From IMG/VR virus record IMGVR_UViG_3300028275_000006, positions 124,001 to 188,000 of that record: a stretch of 64,000 bases of DNA. The stretch is one strand, 5' to 3'. Under the pieces are notes generated by a model. It did not search any database and was not told the origin of the DNA. It saw only the letters and a list, made by a program, of their open reading frames with translations. The translations under genes and the position numbers were made by a program. Below are positions 8,006-14,625 of the stretch, piece by piece; position 1 is the first letter of the stretch; every line of letters begins with the position of its first letter.

Positions 8006-8171
8006 TACCATTAAAAAATAACATTACACCCTATGGGATGAAACGTATTTCTGAGTGGAGTTCGATTCTCCTCATAAGCCATTGTTCACGGTTTTCTCAG
8101 AAGGGTAAGATGGCCTTATCCTTCATAAGTCTATGCGTCCATAGACGATACCCGTCAATGCTATTTCTTAA

Positions 8172-8257
8172 TGGTGGATGCGGCTGGAGTCGAACCAGCA
8201 GTGCCGTAAGGCGGCGGATTTACAGTCCACTGGGGTTACCAATTTTCCTACACATCC
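8172..8257 (-). tRNA. tRNA-Tyr(GTA)
   Basis: Class II cloverleaf with CCA. Confidence 0.95.
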
Positions 8258-8344
8258 ATATCTGCTTGAAATTTTTAAAGAACTAGGTTAATTTCTTAAC
8301 TAGTCTCTATTGTATATGAACTTTAGAAACTAGTCAAGACATTT

Positions 8345-8439
8345 TGGCAGTGAGTAAGGGATTCGAACCCTTGATCCCCGTTTTTGCAGGAATGCCTTCT
8401 TAGCAGGAAGGTGCCTTCGACCAGCTCGGCCAACTCACT
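8345..8439 (-). tRNA. tRNA-Ser(GCT)
   Basis: Class II cloverleaf with CCA. Confidence 0.95.
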
Positions 8440-8447
8440 ATATTTGT

Positions 8448-8476
8448 ATTATACGATCAACTGTTAAACAAGTCAA
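8448..8476 (-). promoter_or_regulatory. internal sigma70-type promoter in tRNA array
   Basis: TTGACT-17nt-TATAAT; a similar TTGACT/TACAAT site lies near 8310-8338. Confidence 0.75.
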
Positions 8477-8483
8477 CACCTTT

Positions 8484-8573
8484 TGGCCGAAGCGGTGAGA
8501 TTCGAACTCACGGACCCTTTCGGATCGTCTGTTTTCAAGACAGGTGCAATAAACCGGACTCTGCCACGCTTCG
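8484..8573 (-). tRNA. tRNA-Ser(TGA)
   Basis: Class II cloverleaf with CCA. Confidence 0.95.
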
Positions 8574-8619
8574 TTGTTTTACTTGTATAATTCGTTGTAG
8601 ATAGAATCTGCTACAAATG

Positions 8620-8697
8620 TGGTACCCCTGCTCCGATTCGAACGGAGAGAACTTCTCCTTTTGAGAGAGACGACTTTACCAATTTGTCCACAGGGGT
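8620..8697 (-). tRNA. tRNA-Leu(CAA), short variable loop
   Basis: Loop CT-CAA-AA, 6-nt variable region, CCA. Confidence 0.85.
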
Positions 8698-8702
8698 ATA
8701 TC

Positions 8703-8776
8703 TGGTGCTCAAGGAAAGAATCGAACTTTCGATTGTGTCGTACCAAGACACTGGTATACCATTTACCTACAAGAGC
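8703..8776 (-). tRNA. tRNA-Thr(GGT)
   Basis: Loop TT-GGT-AC, two acceptor mismatches, CCA. Confidence 0.8.
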
Positions 8777-8778
8777 CT

Positions 8779-8850
8779 TGGCGCCTCTGAGTAGATTCGA
8801 ACTACTATAACCTGGTTTAGAAGACCTGGCACTGCTCCATCAGCAGAGGC
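8779..8850 (-). tRNA. tRNA-Arg(TCT), reduced D arm
   Basis: 72 nt, loop CT-TCT-AA, CCA. Confidence 0.8.
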
Positions 8851-8851
8851 A

Positions 8852-8928
8852 TGGTACCCTTGGTTGGATTCGAACCTACACACAACGGATTTTAAATCCA
8901 TTCGCATTACCAATTAGCGTACAAGGGC
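8852..8928 (-). tRNA. tRNA-Leu(TAA), short variable loop
   Basis: Loop TT-TAA-AA, 5-nt variable region, CCA. Confidence 0.85.
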
Positions 8929-8935
8929 ATAATTA

Positions 8936-9011
8936 TGGTGCCGCCCCTTGGGATCGAACCAAGTTCCTCGGTGCTTCAAACCGGTGCAATGACCACATTT
9001 GCTAAAGCGGC
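8936..9011 (-). tRNA. tRNA-Phe(GAA)
   Basis: Cloverleaf, loop TT-GAA-GC, CCA. Confidence 0.9.
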
Positions 9012-9017
9012 GATATT

Positions 9018-9092
9018 TGGGGTGAAGCCGGGAATCGAACCCTGCCTTACTGTTTCACAGACAGCCGTGCGGACCACTACACTAGCAACACC
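9018..9092 (-). tRNA. tRNA-His(GTG)
   Basis: G-1:C73, loop CT-GTG-AA, CCA. Confidence 0.9.
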
Positions 9093-9094
9093 AT

Positions 9095-9171
9095 TGGCCG
9101 GCCCTGAGAGACTCGAACTCCCAACCTCCAGTTTCGAAGACTGGCACTCTAATCCATTGAGTTAAGGACCG
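9095..9171 (-). tRNA. tRNA-Arg(TCG)
   Basis: Cloverleaf, A20, CCA. Confidence 0.92.
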
Positions 9172-9178
9172 TTAAAAT

Positions 9179-9252
9179 TGGCAGGCCTACCAGGACTCGA
9201 ACCTGGAACGACTGAGTCAAAGTCAGTTGTGTTACCATTACACCATAGGCCA
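9179..9252 (-). tRNA. tRNA-Gln(TTG)
   Basis: Cloverleaf, weak 1:72 pair, CCA. Confidence 0.93.
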
Positions 9253-9262
9253 ACAGATTGAA

Positions 9263-9475
9263 TTTGTAAGTAGTTGCCCCATCGTTATAGCAACCATTCA
9301 CCCATGTATATAAAGCCGGCTGGGACTCGGTACGTCACTTGGGATACTAGTCCAGTTAGCAACCAATCTGCAGGGATCTTCCGATCCCCCGGGAGTTGAA
9401 CCCGTCCCCTTTTACTATTAAGGTAGTTCGAACTTACCTACAATAGCGTGACATTCTCTTGCTGACACTTACAAA
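9263..9475 (-). ncRNA. candidate stem-closed ncRNA E
   Basis: Terminal TTTGTAAGT/ACTTACAAA; internal CGGG-TTCAACT-CCCG T-arm-like hairpin and GGGATCGGAAGATCCC hairpin. Confidence 0.5.
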
Positions 9476-9478
9476 ACT

Positions 9479-9553
9479 TGGTGCCCCAGGATGGAATCGA
9501 ACCACCACACCCTGCTTACAAAACAGGACCTCTACCACTAAGGATACAAGGGC
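9479..9553 (-). tRNA. tRNA-Thr(TGT)
   Basis: Cloverleaf with CCA. Confidence 0.92.
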
Positions 9554-9558
9554 AAAAT

Positions 9559-9636
9559 TGGTCTCCACGGTACGATTCGAACGTACAGCCTCCTGACTCC
9601 AGATCAGGCCGTCTACCAGATTGACATTACGCAGAG
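9559..9636 (-). tRNA. tRNA-Pro(TGG) variant with C33 and A37
   Basis: Stem CCTGA/TCAGG, loop TC-TGG-AG, CCA. Confidence 0.75.
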
Positions 9637-9646
9637 ATAAAAATAA

Positions 9647-9722
9647 TTGCGACCGAAGGACTCGAACCTTCGCGGTAATCTAGAATGCCCCGGCAAGGCC
9701 GGTTAACCCACCATTGTCGCAA
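9647..9722 (-). pseudogene. tRNA-like element without CCA or valid anticodon arm
   Basis: TTGCGAC/GTCGCAA stem plus perfect T arm GAAGG-TTCGAGT-CCTTC. Confidence 0.5.
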
Positions 9723-9725
9723 ATT

Positions 9726-9800
9726 TGGTGGAGGCCGAGGAAATCGAATCCTTCTAGACATCTTCCTTGCAAGGGAAGACCGTAGCCCACTACTGCCCCC
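9726..9800 (-). tRNA. tRNA-Ala(TGC), reduced D loop
   Basis: G3:U70, loop CT-TGC-AA, D hairpin GTAG-TGGG-CTAC, CCA. Confidence 0.8.
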
Positions 9801-9885
9801 AAATTGGTGTTAGTTTCTATACCACCCATTGAAACTAACAAACATTGAGAGAACATGGATGAACCCACAAGATCTCTATTTGCTC

Positions 9886-9960
9886 TGGTATAGCGTACGG
9901 GGATCGAACCCGCCTAGTCACCTTGAAAGGGTGATGACCTCCCCAGAAGTCGAACGCTAT
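9886..9960 (-). tRNA. tRNA-Glu(TTC), second copy
   Basis: Cloverleaf, loop CT-TTC-AA, CCA. Confidence 0.9.
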
Positions 9961-9966
9961 GTAAAT

Positions 9967-10040
9967 TGGTTCCTGGACCGAGAATTGAACTCAGAATGAC
10001 CGGTTATCAGCCGATTGTTATACCATTTAACTATCCAGGA
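9967..10040 (-). tRNA. tRNA-Ile(GAT)
   Basis: Cloverleaf with CCA. Confidence 0.93.
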
Positions 10041-10130
10041 ATAATACTATACAAAAAGAAACTAACGACAATGCGCTATGCACCCAGAGTCTATAGTTCC
10101 TGGCTGTGGTTAGTTTGTTTTTATACACTA

Positions 10131-10225
10131 CCATATGGAAGCACTCTTATGCCTTTTTCGTCATAAGATGGTGGCCCGTCCTTACTACTGACGCTATGCG
10201 ACCAGTTAAGAATGCTTTCATATGG
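10131..10225 (-). ncRNA. candidate stem-closed ncRNA B
   Basis: CCATATGAAAGCATTCTTA/TAAGAGTGCTTCCATATGG with one A:C mismatch; begins at the CCA of tRNA-Lys(TTT). Confidence 0.5.
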
Positions 10226-10297
10226 TAGGGGCACAGAGAATCGAACTCTGATTTACGGGTTAAAAGCCCGCTACTTTAACCATTAAGTTATACCCCC
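10223..10297 (-). tRNA. tRNA-Lys(TTT)
   Basis: Cloverleaf with CCA. Confidence 0.93.
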
Positions 10298-10300
10298 ATA

Positions 10301-10376
10301 TGGTCCCTGCTGTGAGATTCGAACTCACACCTCATTGATTAAGAGTCAAGTGCGCTACCATTGACGCTAAACAGGG
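10301..10376 (-). tRNA. tRNA-Lys(CTT)
   Basis: Cloverleaf with CCA. Confidence 0.92.
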
Positions 10377-10438
10377 TTGTACGTATTGATTTGATTTTAC
10401 GTGCCAACCCTAGACCATACGGGAGATCTAGAGTGACA

Positions 10439-10459
10439 CTAACGTTTAGCACGTTTCAT
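10439..10459 (-). CDS. micro-ORF MKRAKR-amber
   Basis: Strong SD AAGGAGAG; TAG stop leads into a long hairpin. Confidence 0.4.
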   Translation of the reverse strand: MKRAKR

Positions 10460-10471
10460 GCTACTCTCCTT

Positions 10472-10534
10472 TTAATATTTTTTCAAAACTTGATACAACA
10501 CGAACATTATAACTAACACTACAAGTACTGCCAT
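10472..10534 (-). CDS. 20-aa hydrophobic micro-protein MAVLVVLVIMFVLYQVLKKY
   Basis: SD TAAGGAG, single TM-like stretch. Confidence 0.55.
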   Translation of the reverse strand: MAVLVVLVIMFVLYQVLKKY

Positions 10535-10547
10535 AATATTCTCCTTA

Positions 10548-10637
10548 TGGTCCCCCGTTGAGGAATCGAACCTCATCCTGGACCTTATCTAGATTAATCG
10601 GTTATAAGCCGACCTGCTCTCCATGAGCTAACGGGGG
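10548..10637 (-). tRNA. tRNA-Ile(TAT) with 21-nt variable insertion
   Basis: Stem GTCGG/CCGAT, loop CT-TAT-AA, 90 nt, CCA. Confidence 0.8.
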
Positions 10638-10645
10638 ATATAACC

Positions 10646-10723
10646 TGGAGCAACGGGTCAGATTTGAACTGACGGTTTTACGGATTTGCAATCCGTTGCA
10701 TTGGGCCTCTCTGCCACCGTTGC
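10646..10723 (-). tRNA. tRNA-Cys(GCA)
   Basis: Cloverleaf, U73, CCA. Confidence 0.93.
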
Positions 10724-10728
10724 ATTAT

Positions 10729-10803
10729 TGGCGTACCCCCAGGGACTCGAACCCCGACTAGCAGTTTTGGAGACTGTCGTGCTGCCATTAACACTAGGGA
10801 TAC
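10729..10803 (-). tRNA. tRNA-Trp(CCA)
   Basis: Cloverleaf, G73, CCA. Confidence 0.93.
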
Positions 10804-10826
10804 ATAACACTCTCTTTCGAAAGTGT

Positions 10827-10888
10827 GTATTAAAGCATACTACTCATCGGCTACTGCCATTTGATTGTTCGGCAGTATGCTTTAATAC
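10827..10888 (-). ncRNA. candidate stem-closed ncRNA D
   Basis: Perfect 15-bp stem GTATTAAAGCATACT/AGTATGCTTTAATAC around a 32-nt loop. Confidence 0.45.
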
Positions 10889-11003
10889 GCTACCTTTTTA
10901 CACATTCTAGTTATCGCCTAGAACTTACCATCCGGTAGGCCGCCCACATTAAGCCCATGTTTTACGTGCAGGCAGGGTCGCGTTCCCTATAACACGTTTG
11001 AGA

Positions 11004-11174
11004 TTAGTCTTGCTCTACGAGCTCAACTTCTCTCTTGTAAAGTGCTGTGTGATAAGCACGAGCACGATTAAACTTTTCTTCGATGAGTTTTTCAAAAGCA
11101 TCGTCGTCCAGTTCATGCTCACTTAGCACTTTGGCACTTTTCTGTTTTCTAAAATCTTCAAAATTCATTTTCAT
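11004..11174 (-). CDS. 56-aa hypothetical protein (not in ORF track)
   Basis: MKMNFEDFRKQKSAKVLSEHELDDDAFEKLIEEKFNRARAYHTALYKREVELVEQD; first gene after the attenuator. Confidence 0.6.
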   Translation of the reverse strand: MKMNFEDFRKQKSAKVLSEHELDDDAFEKLIEEKFNRARAYHTALYKREVELVEQD

Positions 11175-11192
11175 TTCCAAATCTTACAAAAC

Positions 11193-11224
11193 AAAAAACC
11201 CTGGGTTTTTAGTCCAGGGTTCTT
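11193..11224 (-). terminator. intrinsic terminator of putative attenuator
   Basis: AAGAACCCTGG-ACTAAAAAC-CCAGGGTTTTTT. Confidence 0.8.
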
Positions 11225-11247
11225 AAAAGTTATTGTGTATGTTACTG

Positions 11248-11409
11248 TTAACTTACACGATCCTCCAAGAACCCTACGATAATCTCAGGTGTACGATCAT
11301 TACCTAGACCTAGCCCGACATTACTAAACTGTGACCAATAGGCGGACATACATGCCGGCGCTTTGGCTTGTTTAGATATCGTTTGTCTATGTAAACTAAT
11401 CGTTTGCAT
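11248..11409 (-). CDS. 53-aa putative leader peptide
   Basis: MQTISLHRQTISKQAKAPACMSAYWSQFSNVGLGLGNDRTPEIIVGFLEDRVS; contains the antiterminator segment 11267-11276. Confidence 0.6.
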   Translation of the reverse strand: MQTISLHRQTISKQAKAPACMSAYWSQFSNVGLGLGNDRTPEIIVGFLEDRVS

Positions 11410-11467
11410 TTTGTTTCTCTTTTTCTTACCTTCTTAAAAGTTGTAGCGGAATTGCTACTGTCTTTGT

Positions 11468-11589
11468 ATTGTAATGCCTTTCAACATCTTTGTCAACATC
11501 TTTTTGTCTTTTTTGGACAACCTAATGTTTTGTGGAAAGTGATTGCTTTACAATATTTGTATTATATGAGTATTTATAAAACTTGTCAA
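11468..11589 (-). promoter_or_regulatory. tandem sigma70 promoters driving leader and tRNA array
   Basis: TTGACA-17-TATAAT (11561-11589) and TTGACA-17-TACAAT (11468-11496). Confidence 0.85.
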
Positions 11590-11646
11590 TACCTATGTTG
11601 AAATGTGGCGATTTTGCAACATTTTGAAAACCGCCACACTTTTGTA

Positions 11647-12165
11647 TTAACCGTTTAGTACTTTTGCTAGACTATTGATCACTGCGGCAATACGTCCGAT
11701 GTCACGAAGTTGTTCTACGGTGTAGCCTTCCTTCTTCAATGTTTCGTAGTGCGCCTTAACACAGAAATGACACTTGCCAACAATACTTGCGGCAAGACTG
11801 TATGCTTCAAAGCGAGCCTTGGTAGTTCCGCCATGGCTTGCGATAGCGTTCATGCGTAACTGTGCTGGCAAGCCCTTTAGTTGCTCATCGTCTGCCATCT
11901 CAACATATGGATACCAAACGTTGTTCTGTGCCATAATTGAACCAGCGGTCATCGCGGCATCACGTTCTTTTTCGTCTGTGATGTTGCTCATGATGAAACT
12001 AATCAATTTTCCATTGCCGGTGCTCATAGCCGCGGCCAATGCACAACCTTCTGCTTCTACAACATCTGATAGTGTACTACGCTTGATTACTGCATCCAGA
12101 TTTAGTTTTGTGTCCTTGGCGTATTCTGGTAAACCTTCTTTTAATTGATCAACCCATTGTGTCAT
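11647..12165 (-). CDS. ahpD: alkyl hydroperoxide reductase AhpD
   Basis: N-terminal LPEYAKDTKLNL, SIVGKCHFCVKAH CxxC motif; same operon as ahpC. Confidence 0.9.
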   Translation of the reverse strand: MTQWVDQLKEGLPEYAKDTKLNLDAVIKRSTLSDVVEAEGCALAAAMSTGNGKLISFIMSNITDEKERDAAMTAGSIMAQNNVWYPYVEMADDEQLKGLPAQLRMNAIASHGGTTKARFEAYSLAASIVGKCHFCVKAHYETLKKEGYTVEQLRDIGRIAAVINSLAKVLNG

Positions 12166-12599
12166 AGTGTGTCTCCTTTAGTTGCTTTGGCTATGCTTTT
12201 ATAGCCTTTGTAAGTTGGGTGTACGTGATCCGGGCTAGTTTCGTGCTTTCTAGCATCTATTACAAAGTCCTTGTATTTTTCTGCTACTGCAAGAACTGCC
12301 CGTCTCTTATCGTCCTTGATATTAGGTACAATCCAATAAACACGAGTGGCGTCTACTAGTTGTCTTAGACTGTCTAGTTCCTCCACTGTGTTTATTTTTG
12401 CTGTATCGTTTGACCCTAGACTAATGATTACATTTTTTGCCTGTGTAGTGCCCTGAGTGTGTAACACATGACGATTAACATAGTCATAACTGTTAATGCC
12501 ACTCTTAGCACGAGTAACACATTCTGTACGAACTTGTCCTACTCCTACTGCTAGGCTATCGCCTAGGATTAAACAATCAAGCATAATTGATCCTATCAA
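12162..12599 (-). CDS. SGNH/GDSL hydrolase
   Basis: GDSL, SLGSND and DHVHP motifs. Confidence 0.8.
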   Translation of the reverse strand: MIGSIMLDCLILGDSLAVGVGQVRTECVTRAKSGINSYDYVNRHVLHTQGTTQAKNVIISLGSNDTAKINTVEELDSLRQLVDATRVYWIVPNIKDDKRRAVLAVAEKYKDFVIDARKHETSPDHVHPTYKGYKSIAKATKGDTL

Positions 12600-13135
12600 A
12601 GAGTTTCGCCGCCTACTGTACGGTTACAAGCGCACAACTCACCAGTTTGTAGCGCATCAAGAATACGTAAAGTTTCTTCTGGGCTACGACCAACGTTCAA
12701 GTTGTTGACAGTAACGTGCTGGATAACGTTCTCTGGGTCAACAATAAATGTAGCACGTAGAGCCGCACCTGCTGGAGCATAAAATACACCCAACTGCTCA
12801 ATCAATGACAACTCGCCACGCTGTGTGTCTGCAAATTGTGTATGTGTAATTTTCTGTAAGTCTGGGTGTGCTTTTTGCCATGCGATTTTACAAAACTCGT
12901 TATCTGTGCTACCTGTTAGCAATACTGCGTCACGGTCAGCAAAGTCACCTGCTAGTTTATCGTAGGCTACAATCTCTGTAGGGCAAACGAATGTGAAGTC
13001 CTTTGGGTAGTAAACGATTACTTTCCACTTGCCAGCAAAACTTTCATCTGTAATGTCAAAGAAAGCATCTTCTGGTTGTCCTGGCTTAACACCAGTAATT
13101 GCGAATTTTTCTAATTTATGTCCAACTGTTTTCAT
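12596..13135 (-). CDS. ahpC: peroxiredoxin AhpC
   Basis: YYPKDFTFVCPTE peroxidatic Cys; ELCAC resolving Cys. Confidence 0.95.
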   Translation of the reverse strand: MKTVGHKLEKFAITGVKPGQPEDAFFDITDESFAGKWKVIVYYPKDFTFVCPTEIVAYDKLAGDFADRDAVLLTGSTDNEFCKIAWQKAHPDLQKITHTQFADTQRGELSLIEQLGVFYAPAGAALRATFIVDPENVIQHVTVNNLNVGRSPEETLRILDALQTGELCACNRTVGGETL

Positions 13136-13219
13136 TTGTTTCTCCTTGTGTGTGTTTGAAAACTATAACAACTCTTCGTTGTATGTGTATATTATATATC
13201 CTATTAAAATGCAAAATCA

Positions 13220-13268
13220 ATAGGTTTTTCCAATAATTATTTTAATAACGCTTATAGGTTTTTTCAAT
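13220..13268. promoter_or_regulatory. OxyR-like operator upstream of ahpC
   Basis: Two ATAG-N7-CAAT boxes next to the -35 of the ahpC promoter. Confidence 0.55.
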
Positions 13269-13271
13269 AAC

Positions 13272-13293
13272 AAAAGGGCCCGAAGGCCCTTTA
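13272..13293 (-). terminator. intrinsic terminator
   Basis: AAAGGGCC-CGAA-GGCCCTTT hairpin with T-run. Confidence 0.75.
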
Positions 13294-13308
13294 TTAATTT
13301 TGGTTTGA

Positions 13309-13869
13309 TTAGAAACCGTACTTGTAACCAACACTTACTACGTTACTGTTGATATCACCTTCCTGGCGATCAAATCCAAGAAAGGCTGTACCATTTTTAG
13401 TAACACCGTAGTCAGCACCAATTCTCCAAGTGCGTGTCATGTAGTTGTCGCCACTGGAGAAACCAGTACGATAACGATAACCAGCTCTTAGACCAAAACG
13501 ATCATTAACTGCAATCTTAACACCTGGTTCAACAGAGTAGTAATCGAAACGATTACCAACTTGCCATTTCTCACCGACTGCACCGCGAACATATCCGCTT
13601 AGTTTGTCTGTAATACCAACTGTTGGAGTAACACCAACTTCTAGTTTACTAGAGTTTGCACCGTTACCATTTGTGTACATGTTTTCACCTTTTAGGTCAA
13701 CACCAACATTTGATGCGGCTTGTGTACCGATAGTAAACTCATAACCTTGTTGGTTGGCTCCTGTGCCACGTGGATCTTCGAATTTATATTCCAATCCAAC
13801 TACGTTACCTGCCGCAGAAGCGACACCGGCAACAGCGGCAAACAGAGTTGCAATAACAAATTTTTTCAT
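13309..13869 (-). CDS. outer-membrane beta-barrel protein
   Basis: Signal peptide, alternating beta pattern, C-terminal GYKYGF signature. Confidence 0.8.
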   Translation of the reverse strand: MKKFVIATLFAAVAGVASAAGNVVGLEYKFEDPRGTGANQQGYEFTIGTQAASNVGVDLKGENMYTNGNGANSSKLEVGVTPTVGITDKLSGYVRGAVGEKWQVGNRFDYYSVEPGVKIAVNDRFGLRAGYRYRTGFSSGDNYMTRTWRIGADYGVTKNGTAFLGFDRQEGDINSNVVSVGYKYGF

Positions 13870-14004
13870 TTTAAATTTTCCTTATGTGTAAACCGTACGG
13901 CAAATTTACATACCTTCCGTACGGCAATTAAAAGCGATTATACTAAATCACTTTGTATAGTATATATAAGTGTAAATCAGTAGTCAATATATTTTAGTGC
14001 CAAA

Positions 14005-14544
14005 TCAACTATATTCAAACGGTGTACTTGGGTGTCCATAGTCGACATGTAAATTGGATCCTTTAGTGTCATCGTATTGTGTGTAGTACGACTCGTTTGG
14101 TTTAACTTCTCTCCAATCATCATACTTGAGTTGGGCGAACGTTACTTGTTTCCTATCCAAAAGATCACAAATAATAAATGTACTAGTACATCTACCTTGA
14201 ATGTATTTCATAGGACCGTGCTTGTATTCGTTAGCCAACAATGCTTTGTGCATTTCGCTATGAGGTCTAAACATAATTCTAGTAATACCTAACTTTTGGT
14301 TACGTAGTCTAAATTTATCTATTAACGTGAGTTCGGAGATTTGAGCATTGTTTTCATCGTCGACACGTAATAGTACGTTCTTGACTTTAATGCTACCTTT
14401 TGTATGACTGTTGTCTGGTGTTTCCTTGGTGCTCCAAGCAACTGTACAGTCTACGTGATTGACATATAATGTCTCCCCATGAAATTTTAAGACCCACATA
14501 GGTATGGTCTGATCTTCTAAGTGTTTTTTGTTAAAATGGAACAC
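14005..14544 (-). CDS. hypothetical protein
   Basis: 179 aa ORF, coding-like composition. Confidence 0.65.
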   Translation of the reverse strand: MFHFNKKHLEDQTIPMWVLKFHGETLYVNHVDCTVAWSTKETPDNSHTKGSIKVKNVLLRVDDENNAQISELTLIDKFRLRNQKLGITRIMFRPHSEMHKALLANEYKHGPMKYIQGRCTSTFIICDLLDRKQVTFAQLKYDDWREVKPNESYYTQYDDTKGSNLHVDYGHPSTPFEYS

Positions 14545-14625
14545 TAGGTCCTTACAAGCATATTCAATCTATTTCATTTTCGTTTCCTTTAGTTAAAGGG
14601 GGACTTTCACCCCCCGTGTTTTTAT

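Noticed and set aside
9690-9700. TT-CTA-GA as an amber anticodon loop in the 9647-9722 element
   Set aside because: No flanking stem pairs around it.
10903-11000. Pistol or HDV-like/theta ribozyme
   Set aside because: Superficial P1 plus AAA-linker resemblance only; the required pseudoknot and catalytic residues could not be placed.
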